The notes under the pieces are model-generated. The model was not told where the DNA came from, ran no database searches, and saw nothing but the letters and a program-made list of their open reading frames with translations. Position numbers and translations under genes: made by a program. This document shows, piece by piece, positions 9,552-18,917 of a stretch of 64,000 nt of DNA. The stretch comes from Alphaproteobacteria bacterium (lineage in GTDB: Bacteria > Pseudomonadota > Alphaproteobacteria > GCA-2731375), in the NCBI GenBank assembly GCA_965232515.1, contig CBDDPY010000002.1, positions 3,324,532-3,388,531 on the forward strand, given 5' to 3'. How positions within the stretch are numbered: position 1 is the stretch's first letter; every line of letters begins with the position of its first letter.

Positions 9552-10289
9552 CTACCGCGATAACACGCGGTCAATCCAGCCCAGAAAACCGCCTTCCGGC
9601 GCGGGCTCCAGGGCGGTAGGGCCGGAAGTCGGGCCGTCGTCCGCAGTCAGTTGCCGCGGCGGCAGATACTTGTTGGTCGGCCGCAGACCCATCTCCGGCA
9701 TCAGATCGAAGCCGCCGCGGTCCGCCACCAGTTTCGACACATCGGACTGCGGGTCGGCCAGATCGCCGAAATGCCGGGCCGAGGCGGGACAGGTGGCGAC
9801 ACAGGCCGGCACGCGGTCGACCTCGTCGAAATTCTCGTTGTAGATCCGGTCGATACACAGCGTGCATTTCTTCATCACGCCCGCGTCGGCGTCATACTCC
9901 CGCGCGCCATAAGGGCAGGCCCAGGAGCAGAGCTTGCAGCCGATGCAAAGGTCCTCCTCGACCAGCACGATGCCGTCATCGGCCCGCTTGTAGGAGGCGC
10001 CGGTCGGACAAACGGTGACGCAGGGCGCGTCGTCGCAATGCAGACAGGATTTCGGAAAGTGCACCGTGCGGCTGGCCGCGCCCTCGCCCGCCTCGAAGGT
10101 GTGAATGCGGTTCAGCCAGACGCCGCTGACGTCGGCCTCGTAGGGTTTCTCGTCCGTCAGCGGGGCCGGATAGCCGCCGGTGTTCCATTCCTTGCAGTTC
10201 ACCGCGCAGGCATGACAGCCGACGCAGGTGTCGAGGTCAATGACGAGACCCAGCTTCTTCGGCGGCGATTGTCGCGGCAGGCTGGTCAT
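9552..10289 (-). CDS. 4Fe-4S dicluster subunit of molybdoenzyme (SoeB/DmsB-like)
   Basis: Several CxxCxxCxxxCP ferredoxin motifs (CVGCHACAVNCK, CLHCDDAPCVTVCP, CIGCKLCSWACP). Start ATG at 10289 forms an ATGA overlap with the stop of the upstream gene; ORF-track start is 10688. Confidence 0.85.
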   Translation of the reverse strand: MTSLPRQSPPKKLGLVIDLDTCVGCHACAVNCKEWNTGGYPAPLTDEKPYEADVSGVWLNRIHTFEAGEGAASRTVHFPKSCLHCDDAPCVTVCPTGASYKRADDGIVLVEEDLCIGCKLCSWACPYGAREYDADAGVMKKCTLCIDRIYNENFDEVDRVPACVATCPASARHFGDLADPQSDVSKLVADRGGFDLMPEMGLRPTNKYLPPRQLTADDGPTSGPTALEPAPEGGFLGWIDRVLSR

Positions 10290-13162
10290 GCCGCATCCTC
10301 GCCGCGCTTTTGGAAGCTGGCGCCGTAGCGCAGCACCGACGGCCGCTCGGCGGTGCCGGGTGGGCTCGGCAGCACGTCGAACTGCGGTGCGGCTTCGCCC
10401 GCCTCCTTCTCGTCCGCCTTGCGCATCCGCACCCGTAAGTCGTACCAGGCCGCCTGACCGGTCACCGGGTCGGCGTTGGCGTAGCGATAACCGGATTCGC
10501 GCGCTGGCAGCAGATCGTCGATCAGATGGTTCAACAGAAAGCCCTTCTTCGATTCCGGCGCGTCGGCCGACAGGTTCCAGGCACCGGCGCGCTTGCCGAT
10601 GGCGTTCCAGGTCCAGACGGTGTGCGCGTTTACGCCTTCCATCAACCGTGCCTGCGCCTTGATCCGGCCCTGCCGGCTTTCGAGCCACACCCAGTCGTCG
10701 TCATGGATGCCCAAGGCCTCGGCCGCGGCGCGCGGCACGTAGAGCCGGTTCGCGGCATGGATCTGCCGCAGCCAGGCGTTCTGCGAGCCCCAGGAGTGAT
10801 ACATCGCCATCGGCCGCTGGGTGATCGCGTGCAGCGGATACTCGGATTCGCTCGCCAGCGCGTCATCTTCGAACGGCGCATACCAGAACGGCAGTGGATC
10901 GAAGTACCGCGCCACCCGCGCGCGATGCTGCTCGGGCGGCTGCGATGGCCCGTGGCCCTGGGCGGCAAGGCGGAAACGCTGCAGCTCCTCGCTGTAAAGC
11001 TGTGGAATGATCGGATCGGCATGACCGATCAGGCCCAGCGCCACGGCCTTGTCGAGATAATCCCGGTTGGCGAACTTGAAATAGCGTTCCGACGGTTCGA
11101 ACTCGTGCCGCCAGAAGCACTGGTTGTCGATATAGGCCTGGAGCTGGTTCGGATTGACCGCGCCCCGGCCTTCCTCACCGCCATCGGTGCCGCGCCAGCC
11201 GGCGAGCGAGCCGATGCCCGGCGCGCGCTCGTGGTTCGCCATGTAATCGGCATAGCCGCCGGGATAGCGCGGCGATCCGTCCTCGGTGACCAGCCCCGGC
11301 AGCCCGATCCGGGCGCCGAGATCGATCAGCACGTCCTGAAACGGCCGTACGTCCCGGTCCGGCGCCACCACCGGTTGCCGGATCGAATCCGAGGCGCCGT
11401 CGGCGTCGCAGATCGGCCGGTCCAGCAGCGATATGCAGTCCCAGCGCTCGAGATAGGTCGTGTCGGGCAGGATCAGGTCGGCATAGGCGACCATTTCGGA
11501 GGCATAGGCGTCGGCATAAATGATGCGGGGGATGCGGTAGTTGCCGGTCTCCGGATCCTTGTCGGTCAGCATGTTGATGGTCTCGGCCGTGTTCATGGCC
11601 GAATTCCAGGCCATGTTTGCCATGTACATGAACAGCGTGTCGACCGGATACGGATCGCCCTTCCAGGCGTCCGTAATGACCATGTGCATCATGCCGTGCA
11701 CGGCCATTGGCGCTTCCCAGGAAAACGCCCGGTCGATGCGGCGCGGTGTGCCGTCGGCCTCGACCAGCAAATCGTCCGGCCCGGTCGGGAAACCCAACGG
11801 CGGCCCTGGCATCGGCGTGTTCGGCGCCAGCTGATCCGCCTTGCCAGTCGGCTTCAACGGTGGCGGGATCGGCTTCGGATAGGGCGCCTTGTAGCGGAAG
11901 CCGCCCGGCACATCGACGCTGCCCAGCAGCAGTTGCAGCAGATGCAGCATGCGGCAGGTATGGAAGCCGTTCGAATGGGCCGAGATGCCGCGCATGGCGT
12001 GCATCGCCACCGGCCGGCCGATCATCTTCTCGTGCCGGCGGCCAGCCCAGTCGGTCCAGGGCACGTCCAGCACGACCTGCTCTTCGAAGGCGGCGTGCGC
12101 CAGCTCGGCGGCGATGCGACGGATCGTATCGGCGTCGACACCCGTGCGCTCGGCCACCACCCCCGGCGCATAGGCCGGATCGAGGTAGCGCTCGGCCAGA
12201 AGCTGGAACGACGGCACGGCAACGCGGCCGTCGGGCAACGTGAACTGGCCCTTCATCGCCGGACTGACATCGGCCTCCAGCGCGTTCACTGCCGCGTCTT
12301 TCGTCACGTCCCAGCACAACGGATTGCCGTCGTCGTCGCGCGCAAACAGGCCGTCGTCGGCTTCGCCCGGATTGCGCACCACCAGCCAGGGCGCGTTGGT
12401 GTAGCGCACGAGGTATTCGAGATCGACCTTGCCGGCGCGTAGCAGCTCGTGCATCAGCGCACCGACGAACAGGCCGTCGGTGCCCGGCGTAATGCCGATC
12501 CATTCGTCGGCGACGGCCGAATAGCCGGTCTTCACCGGATTGATCGAGACGAACTTGGCGCCGCGTTCCTTCAGCCGCGACAGACCGATCTTGATCGGGT
12601 TGCTGTCATGGTCCTCGGCGACGCCGAACATCAGGAACAGGCGCGCGTGCTCCCAGTCGGGCTCGCCGAACTCCCAGAACGAGCCGCCGATGGTGTAGAG
12701 GCCGGCAGCCGCCATGTTGACCGAGCAGAAGCCGCCGTGCGCCGCGTAATTCGGCGTGCCGAACTGGCTCGCCCACCAGCCGGTCAGCGCCTGGCTTTGG
12801 TCGCGGCCTGTGAAGAACGCGAGCTTGCGCGGATCGCTGCCGCGGATCTCGCCGAGCCAACCGGCGGCAAGACCGAGCGCTTCGTCCCATTCGATCTCTG
12901 CGAACGCGCCCTCGCCGCGCGGACCCACCCGCTTCAGCGGCTTCGTCAGCCGCGCCGGCGAATAGTGCTGCATGATGCCGGCCGAGCCCTTGGCGCAGAG
13001 CACGCCCTTGTTCACGGGATGGTCGCGGTTACCCTCGATATAGCGGATGCCGCCGTCTTTCAGGTGCACCTTGATGCCGCAACGGCAGGCGCACATGTAG
13101 CAGGTGGTGTACTTCACCTCGTCCGACACGGTCGGCGACGTGTCCAACCCGCGTTCACTCAT
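10286..13162 (-). CDS. molybdopterin (Mo-bisPGD) oxidoreductase catalytic subunit, no Tat signal (SoeA-like)
   Basis: 958 aa. N-terminal Cys cluster CYMCACRCGIKV and molybdopterin oxidoreductase/dinucleotide-binding domains. No twin-arginine signal. GGGAGAGG Shine-Dalgarno before the ATG at 13162; ORF-track start is 13375. Confidence 0.85.
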   Translation of the reverse strand: MSERGLDTSPTVSDEVKYTTCYMCACRCGIKVHLKDGGIRYIEGNRDHPVNKGVLCAKGSAGIMQHYSPARLTKPLKRVGPRGEGAFAEIEWDEALGLAAGWLGEIRGSDPRKLAFFTGRDQSQALTGWWASQFGTPNYAAHGGFCSVNMAAAGLYTIGGSFWEFGEPDWEHARLFLMFGVAEDHDSNPIKIGLSRLKERGAKFVSINPVKTGYSAVADEWIGITPGTDGLFVGALMHELLRAGKVDLEYLVRYTNAPWLVVRNPGEADDGLFARDDDGNPLCWDVTKDAAVNALEADVSPAMKGQFTLPDGRVAVPSFQLLAERYLDPAYAPGVVAERTGVDADTIRRIAAELAHAAFEEQVVLDVPWTDWAGRRHEKMIGRPVAMHAMRGISAHSNGFHTCRMLHLLQLLLGSVDVPGGFRYKAPYPKPIPPPLKPTGKADQLAPNTPMPGPPLGFPTGPDDLLVEADGTPRRIDRAFSWEAPMAVHGMMHMVITDAWKGDPYPVDTLFMYMANMAWNSAMNTAETINMLTDKDPETGNYRIPRIIYADAYASEMVAYADLILPDTTYLERWDCISLLDRPICDADGASDSIRQPVVAPDRDVRPFQDVLIDLGARIGLPGLVTEDGSPRYPGGYADYMANHERAPGIGSLAGWRGTDGGEEGRGAVNPNQLQAYIDNQCFWRHEFEPSERYFKFANRDYLDKAVALGLIGHADPIIPQLYSEELQRFRLAAQGHGPSQPPEQHRARVARYFDPLPFWYAPFEDDALASESEYPLHAITQRPMAMYHSWGSQNAWLRQIHAANRLYVPRAAAEALGIHDDDWVWLESRQGRIKAQARLMEGVNAHTVWTWNAIGKRAGAWNLSADAPESKKGFLLNHLIDDLLPARESGYRYANADPVTGQAAWYDLRVRMRKADEKEAGEAAPQFDVLPSPPGTAERPSVLRYGASFQKRGEDAA

Positions 13163-13244
13163 CCGGCCTCTCCCGATCCCGCCACCCGTGCTTTCCGGTC
13201 CGGACGGCGGCGCGATCATAGGGTGTTCGGCCCCGCTCCGGCAA

Positions 13245-13273
13245 CGTGCATGCGACACGGTGTAGCATGCACG
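13245..13273. promoter_or_regulatory. 9-bp perfect inverted repeat CGTGCATGC-N11-GCATGCACG in a divergent promoter region
   Basis: Lies between the start of the molybdoenzyme operon (13162, minus) and the start of the 2OG oxygenase gene (13360, plus). Confidence 0.35.
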
Positions 13274-13359
13274 CGCCACTGCCGACGCCGCGACGCTGTG
13301 ATAGCTTCGTTGGTGGGATACACATTCCGGAACGATCGATCTCTGAGAGAGCTTCAGGC

Positions 13360-14391
13360 ATGGCGTCACAGACACTAACCCCCGGCGACATCATGCCGGC
13401 GACGGCCTTGACCGACATGGCCGGCACGGCGGTCGACCTGAATGCCGACGACTTGTCCGGCAACTACATTGTCCTGGTGCTGCAGCGCGACAGCCGGGCC
13501 GTCAACGCACAGCTCTCGGCCTTCGAGGCGAAACGCGCACGCGTCGATGCCGTCGGCGCCAAGCTGTTCGTGGTTTTGCCGGCCGACACGCCACCTGCCG
13601 GCGACGAGGTGACGACGGCGGCAACCACGCTGCGCGATCAATCCGGCGCCCTTTTCGCCGCGTTCGATGCCGGCCCCGGACACGATTCGGTTACGATTCT
13701 GATCGCGCCGAACCAGCATATCGCCCTGGTGGCCCACGATGCCGACCCGGACCATGCCGACAGAGTGCTGGAGCTGATCGCGGCGCGGGCCGAGGCGCGA
13801 GCGACGCGGCAACTGGACATGCACCCACCGGTCCTGCTGGTGCCCGACGTGCTGAGTCCCGAAGATTGCCAGAAGCTGATCTCGATCTACCGGTTTCAGG
13901 GCAACGAGTTCGTCGAGTCCGGCCACAACGTCGTGCAAGGCCGCACCAGCGACTGCAAGATGAAAATCGACGATTACGGCCGCGTCGACCGCATCGACCA
14001 CTGGGTCGTCACATCAGATACCAATGCCTTCATCGACCAACGACTGAGCTCAAGACTGTTCCCGGAAATCAAGAAGGCGTTCCAGTACCCGATTACCCGG
14101 CGCGAGCACTACCGGATCGCCTGCTACGAGGGCGAACGCGGCGGCGAGGCCCACGGTCACCGCGACGACACCGCCGCCATCGTGGCGCACCGGCGGTTCG
14201 CCGTGACCATCAATCTCAACACCGAGAACTACGAGGGCGGCGAGCTGCGGTTCCCGGAATTCGGCGACCAGCGCTACCGGCCGCCGACCGGTGCCGCGAT
14301 CGTGTTTTCCTGCTCGCTGCTGCACGAGGTCATGCACATGGTCTCGGGCCGCCGCTTCGCCCTGCTCGCGTTCCTGTTCGGCGACAGCTAG
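13360..14391 (+). CDS. fusion protein: Cys-less thioredoxin/redoxin-like N-domain + prolyl-4-hydroxylase-like 2OG-Fe(II) oxygenase
   Basis: C-terminal HxD...H iron-binding residues (HGHRDD, LLHEV) and GGELRF, typical of P4H-type 2OG oxygenases. N-terminal AhpC/TSA-like fold lacking a catalytic Cys. Confidence 0.5.
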   Translation: MASQTLTPGDIMPATALTDMAGTAVDLNADDLSGNYIVLVLQRDSRAVNAQLSAFEAKRARVDAVGAKLFVVLPADTPPAGDEVTTAATTLRDQSGALFAAFDAGPGHDSVTILIAPNQHIALVAHDADPDHADRVLELIAARAEARATRQLDMHPPVLLVPDVLSPEDCQKLISIYRFQGNEFVESGHNVVQGRTSDCKMKIDDYGRVDRIDHWVVTSDTNAFIDQRLSSRLFPEIKKAFQYPITRREHYRIACYEGERGGEAHGHRDDTAAIVAHRRFAVTINLNTENYEGGELRFPEFGDQRYRPPTGAAIVFSCSLLHEVMHMVSGRRFALLAFLFGDS

Positions 14392-15245
14392 GGACTCCTG
14401 GCAGAGACGACCCAGACGCCGCAACCGAGGACCAGCCCCGCATCGCCGATTAGCGGCGCGATCACCGGCGCCATGTCGGTCCGGACCTTCGCCAGCGTGG
14501 CCTCGTCGGCATCGCGCAGAAACCGACCGGCGGGACCGCGCACCATGACGGCTTCGACAGCGGCATCGAGATCCCGCGACGTCGTGATCGTGAATTCCCG
14601 GTCATGGGCTTCGAAGCGGACGTCAGCGAACCCGGCATCGGCAAGGATGCCCTCGACACGGGTCCTGTCGGCAAAGGAAAACTGACCCGGCGCGTCGGGC
14701 GCCTGCGGCGGCGGCGTCACATGCCGCAGCACGACCTCTCGCGGCACGGCCACCCAGGGGTTCTCCGCGACCGGCCGCCAGCAGACGAAGGCCAACGTAC
14801 CGTCCGCCCGCATGGCCGCGCGGATATTGCGAAACGCGGCGACCGGATCGGCGAAGAACATCACGCCGAACCGCGAAAACACGGCATCGAACGGCCCGTC
14901 GGGGAACGTCTCCGTCGCGGCATCCCCGCTCAGGAGACGGAGCTGCGAAATCCTGGCCGCGCGGCGACGTTCCTCGGCCCGCGCCAGCATCGGCTCGGAA
15001 AGGTCGACGCCAAGGACGAAACCGTCCGCGCCGATGCGGTCCGCGAGCGCGAGGCTGGTGTCGCCGCAACCGGTGCCAATGTCGAGAACGCGACTGCCGG
15101 CTTCGAGCGGCAGGCGCGCCATCGCCAGCTCGCCTAATGGGGCCAGCGTCTGGTCCCGCTGTTCCTGTTCCTTGATCCAGGAATCGCTCGCCTCGCCGTT
15201 CCAAAAGGCGCGTTGTGCCTCGGCGACTTCACTGATCGACGCCAC
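14388..15245 (-). CDS. class I SAM-dependent methyltransferase
   Basis: VLDIGTGCGDTS motif I and downstream methyltransferase motifs. Its stop is shared with the convergent gene as a CTAG tetramer at 14388-14391. Confidence 0.8.
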   Translation of the reverse strand: MASISEVAEAQRAFWNGEASDSWIKEQEQRDQTLAPLGELAMARLPLEAGSRVLDIGTGCGDTSLALADRIGADGFVLGVDLSEPMLARAEERRRAARISQLRLLSGDAATETFPDGPFDAVFSRFGVMFFADPVAAFRNIRAAMRADGTLAFVCWRPVAENPWVAVPREVVLRHVTPPPQAPDAPGQFSFADRTRVEGILADAGFADVRFEAHDREFTITTSRDLDAAVEAVMVRGPAGRFLRDADEATLAKVRTDMAPVIAPLIGDAGLVLGCGVWVVSARSP

Positions 15246-15263
15246 GATACTCTCCCTGCTGTT

Positions 15264-17009
15264 CTAGAATCCCGTTGTCAATGCGCCGCGCCGGCGGGGG
15301 TCGGACGCGCCGAGAAAGCCGACCTCGGCGCGCATGATGCTTTGCGTGCTGCCCATGGCGTTCTTCGCAACGACCTTGTGGCCAAGATCCTCCAGCAGCC
15401 GGATGGTATCGGGGCTCAAGCCGGTCTCGACGCGCAACTCGTCGGGCAGCCATTGGTGATGAATGCGCGGCGCCGCGGAGGCGGCGGCGATATTCATCTC
15501 GTGATCGACCACGTTCATGATGATCTGCAGCACGGTCGTGATGATCCGGCTGCCGCCCGGCGAGCCGGTCGCGAGCCAGGGCGCGCCGTCCTTGAACACG
15601 ATGGTCGGGCTCATCGAGCTCAACGGCCGCTTGCGCGGGGCGACGGCGTTGGCGTCGCCGCCGATCAAACCGTAGGCGTTCGGCACGCCGGGCTTGGCGG
15701 CGAAGTCGTCCATCTCGTTGTTCAGCAGGATGCCGGTACCGGCGGCAGTGATTCCGGTGCCGTAGCTGAAGTTCAGCGTGTAGGTGTTCGAGACGACATT
15801 CCCCTTGTTGTCCATCACTGAGAAGTGCGTCGTCTCGTTGCTTTCGAATGGCATCGGATCGGCCGGGCCGATTTCCTCGGCGGATCGCGCCCGTTTGCCG
15901 TCGATCAAAAGCGCGAGCTCGGCCGCATAGGCCTTCGCGGTCAGGCCCTGCATCGGCACGCGCCAGAAGCCAGGGTCGCCCAGATGCTCCGAGCGGTCGG
16001 CATAGGCGAGCTTCATGGCCTCGGCCATCAGATGGATGGTGTCGGCACTGTTGTGACCGAGCTCGCCGATCGGCCAGCGCTCCAGCAGGTTCAGGATCTG
16101 CACGATATGAATGCCGCCGGAGCTGGGCGGCGGCATCGAGGCGATCTCGACGTCGCGATAGCGGCCACGCACCGGCTCGCGCACCACCGGCTCGTAGGCC
16201 TGGAGGTCGGCGAGCGTGATCGGTCCGTCGTGCGCTGCCATCTCGGCGGCGATGCGCTCGCCGATCTCGCCTTCATAGAAGGCAGACGGACCTTGCGTTG
16301 CGATCAGCTCCAGCGACCGGGCGAGATCTTCCTGGACCAGCCGCTCGCCGGGTTCGTAGAGCCCGCCATCCGGCTTGTAGAAGATTGCCGCCGAGGCCGG
16401 CCAATTCGACAACCGCTTCTGCCGGCTGGCGAGCGACGAAGCCAGGTCCTCGCTGACGACAATGCCGTCGCGGGCGAGCGCAATTGCCGGCGCGATCACG
16501 CGCTCCAGCGGCATCGTGCCGTAGAGTTCCTGCGCCAGGGCCAGACCGGCGACGGTGCCGGGCACGCCGACGGAATGATGGCTGAAGCGGGCCTTCTGCT
16601 TGTCGACGTTGCCGTCGGCATCGAGATACATGTCGCGGCTCGCCGCCGCCGGCGCCATCTCGCGATAGTCCAGCGCCACGGTTTCGTCGCCGGCGGCATC
16701 GTGGATCAGCATGAAGCCGCCACCGCCCAGATTGCCGGCCCGCGGCAGCGTCACGGCCAGGGCGAAGCCGACGGCGACCGCCGCGTCGACGGCGTTGCCG
16801 CCCTGCTTCAGGATCTCGACGCCGACCCGCGTGGCCGTCGCCTCCTGGCTCGCGACCATGCCGTTCCGGGCCAGGACCGGATGATGAATGTCCTTGGCCG
16901 AGAGGATGGCCGCGTCCTGCGCCACCACTTGCGACGTCGCGAGACAGACCACCGCTCCCAGCACCGACAGTTCGCGCAAATGCTTCAAGATCGTGTCGAC
17001 AGCCACCAT
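15264..17009 (-). CDS. ggt: gamma-glutamyltransferase
   Basis: 581 aa with signal peptide. Contains the GGT autoprocessing Thr region and a TGSPGGSRI motif. Confidence 0.9.
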   Translation of the reverse strand: MVAVDTILKHLRELSVLGAVVCLATSQVVAQDAAILSAKDIHHPVLARNGMVASQEATATRVGVEILKQGGNAVDAAVAVGFALAVTLPRAGNLGGGGFMLIHDAAGDETVALDYREMAPAAASRDMYLDADGNVDKQKARFSHHSVGVPGTVAGLALAQELYGTMPLERVIAPAIALARDGIVVSEDLASSLASRQKRLSNWPASAAIFYKPDGGLYEPGERLVQEDLARSLELIATQGPSAFYEGEIGERIAAEMAAHDGPITLADLQAYEPVVREPVRGRYRDVEIASMPPPSSGGIHIVQILNLLERWPIGELGHNSADTIHLMAEAMKLAYADRSEHLGDPGFWRVPMQGLTAKAYAAELALLIDGKRARSAEEIGPADPMPFESNETTHFSVMDNKGNVVSNTYTLNFSYGTGITAAGTGILLNNEMDDFAAKPGVPNAYGLIGGDANAVAPRKRPLSSMSPTIVFKDGAPWLATGSPGGSRIITTVLQIIMNVVDHEMNIAAASAAPRIHHQWLPDELRVETGLSPDTIRLLEDLGHKVVAKNAMGSTQSIMRAEVGFLGASDPRRRGALTTGF

Positions 17010-17221
17010 GGACCCCTCCGCCTGCTTGCCGACCGGCTCAGCACACCATGCCGGCGGGACGATTCGCCTTCCCGCCGCACGTCAGAATGTTGCCGATCGA
17101 TGCCCTCGCCCATTTTTCGCGCCCGATTTCCGGGACGCTTAGACAATATTAACCACGACCGCGCAGTTTGCCGCTATCCTGACGATGTGTTGATCGTCTG
17201 CTGCGGGAACTGGAGGAAAAC

Positions 17222-17371
17222 GTGCTTCGAGGCATCGGCGTCGCCGCCAAGATAACCGGACTGTTGGGTGCCTGCCTCGGATTTGTCCTGACCGTGACCG
17301 TCATGGCCATGGCCCAGACCAGCACCCTCGAAACGTCCCAGCAGCACCGCATGACGGTCGGCGCCGACTAA
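17222..17371 (+). CDS. small hydrophobic peptide / possible lipoprotein (49 aa), missing from the ORF track
   Basis: GTG start with GGAGG Shine-Dalgarno 5 nt upstream. Hydrophobic core, possible lipobox LLGAC. The region is not coding on either strand otherwise. Confidence 0.3.
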   Translation: MLRGIGVAAKITGLLGACLGFVLTVTVMAMAQTSTLETSQQHRMTVGAD

Positions 17372-17502
17372 GCCCGATTTGAACCGGCGCTGGCGCGCCG
17401 CCATCTTGTACCGCCGACTCCGTTGTCGTACATCTGAGCGCAAGACGACAGGCGGACGGAACCGTCGATCCGCACCCCTCGCAGCGACGGCAAGAGGCTG
17501 GC

Positions 17503-18477
17503 ATGTCCGACTATCCCGAATTCACCGATCCGATGAAGCGGCCGCGCTATGTCGGCCTGCCGACGTTCATGCGCGCGCCCTATGCGGAGGACCTGGCCGA
17601 CGTGGACATCGGTCTGGTCGGCATCCCGTTCGATGGCGGCGTCACCAACCGGCCGGGCGCAAGGCACGGGCCGCGCGAGATCCGCAACCAGTCGAGCCTG
17701 ATCCGGACCATCAACCACGCCAGCACGATCGCGCCGCACCGCATCTGCCGGGTCGCTGATGTCGGCGACGCCTGGGTCGAGAAGCCGTTCGGGCTGGAAG
17801 GCGCGCTCGAGGAAATCGCCGACTTCTACCGCAAGCTCCATGCCGCCGGCGTCGCGCCGATCTCGGCCGGCGGCGACCATTCGGTGACGCTGCCGGTGAT
17901 GCGCGGCATCGCCGCCGACCGGCCGGTCGGCATGGTGCATTTCGATGCCCATTGCGACACCGGCGACGATTATCTCGGCTCCAAGTTCCACCACGGCGCG
18001 CCGTTCCGCCGCGCGGTCGAGGAAGGCCTGCTGGATCCCAAGCGCACGGTGCAGATCGGCATCCGCGGCAGCGTCAACGATCCCGACATCTGGAAGTTCA
18101 GCCACGATTCCGGCATGCGGGTTATCTATATCGAGGAATTCTACGAGCTCGGCGTGAAAGCCGTGATCGAGGAAGCCCGCCGCGTCGTCGGCGACGGCCC
18201 GACCTATGTCAGCTTCGACGTCGACGGCCTGGACCCGGTCTATGCGCCGGGCACCGGCACGCCCGAGGTCGGCGGCTTCACCACGGTCGAGGCGCAGATG
18301 ATGATCCGCGGTCTGCAGGGCCTGAACCTGGTCGGCGGCGACGTCGTCGAGGTGGCGCCGCCGTTCGATCCCAGCGGCAACACGGCCATGGTCGGCGCCA
18401 CCATCATGTTCGAGATCCTCTGCGTCGTCGCCGACGCGGTCGCCGCCCGCAAGAACCTGCCCAAAGCGGCCGAGTAA
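17503..18477 (+). CDS. agmatinase/ureohydrolase family enzyme (agmatinase or guanidino-acid hydrolase)
   Basis: Arginase-fold Mn-binding motifs (GGDHS, DAHCDTGDD, SFDVDGLDP). Confidence 0.85.
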   Translation: MSDYPEFTDPMKRPRYVGLPTFMRAPYAEDLADVDIGLVGIPFDGGVTNRPGARHGPREIRNQSSLIRTINHASTIAPHRICRVADVGDAWVEKPFGLEGALEEIADFYRKLHAAGVAPISAGGDHSVTLPVMRGIAADRPVGMVHFDAHCDTGDDYLGSKFHHGAPFRRAVEEGLLDPKRTVQIGIRGSVNDPDIWKFSHDSGMRVIYIEEFYELGVKAVIEEARRVVGDGPTYVSFDVDGLDPVYAPGTGTPEVGGFTTVEAQMMIRGLQGLNLVGGDVVEVAPPFDPSGNTAMVGATIMFEILCVVADAVAARKNLPKAAE

Positions 18478-18485
18478 TCGCTGGC

Positions 18486-18917
18486 ATGGCACGCCGGGGG
18501 CAGCGTGAACGGCGGTCGGAGCGTGGCTTCACGCTGATCGAGCTGCTGGTCGTGCTGGTGATCCTGGTGCTCATCGGCGGCCTGGTCGGGCCGCAGGTCC
18601 TGAAATATCTCGGCGGCGCGCGCAGCGACACCGCCGGCCTGCAGATGGACAATATTGCTTCCGCGCTCGACCTCTACCGGCTCGACAACGGCCGCTACCC
18701 GACCGAGCAGGAAGGCCTGCAAGCCCTGATCGCGGCGCCGGCGGACGCCCGCCGTTGGGACGGCCCCTATCTGCGGGGCGGCGAGGTGCCGGTCGATCCC
18801 TGGGACCGCGCCTATGTCTATACCGGCGATGGCGCCAGCTTCAGTTTGTCGACGTTGGGCGCTGATGGGTCCGAAGGCGGCGACGGCGAGAATCAGGACA
18901 TCGTCCGAACAAACTAG
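18486..18917 (+). CDS. gspG: type II secretion system major pseudopilin GspG
   Basis: Prepilin N-terminus with G|FTLIELLVVLVIL cleavage/methylation motif. 143 aa. Conserved GspG C-terminal region (DPWDRAYVY). Confidence 0.85.
   Translation: MARRGQRERRSERGFTLIELLVVLVILVLIGGLVGPQVLKYLGGARSDTAGLQMDNIASALDLYRLDNGRYPTEQEGLQALIAAPADARRWDGPYLRGGEVPVDPWDRAYVYTGDGASFSLSTLGADGSEGGDGENQDIVRTN

Noticed and set aside
10526-12442. 638-aa plus-strand ORF, plus the 11175..12503 minus-strand alternate-frame ORF, inside the molybdopterin subunit gene
   Set aside because: Antisense or alternate frame of a gene with strong domain evidence. Arg-rich artefacts.
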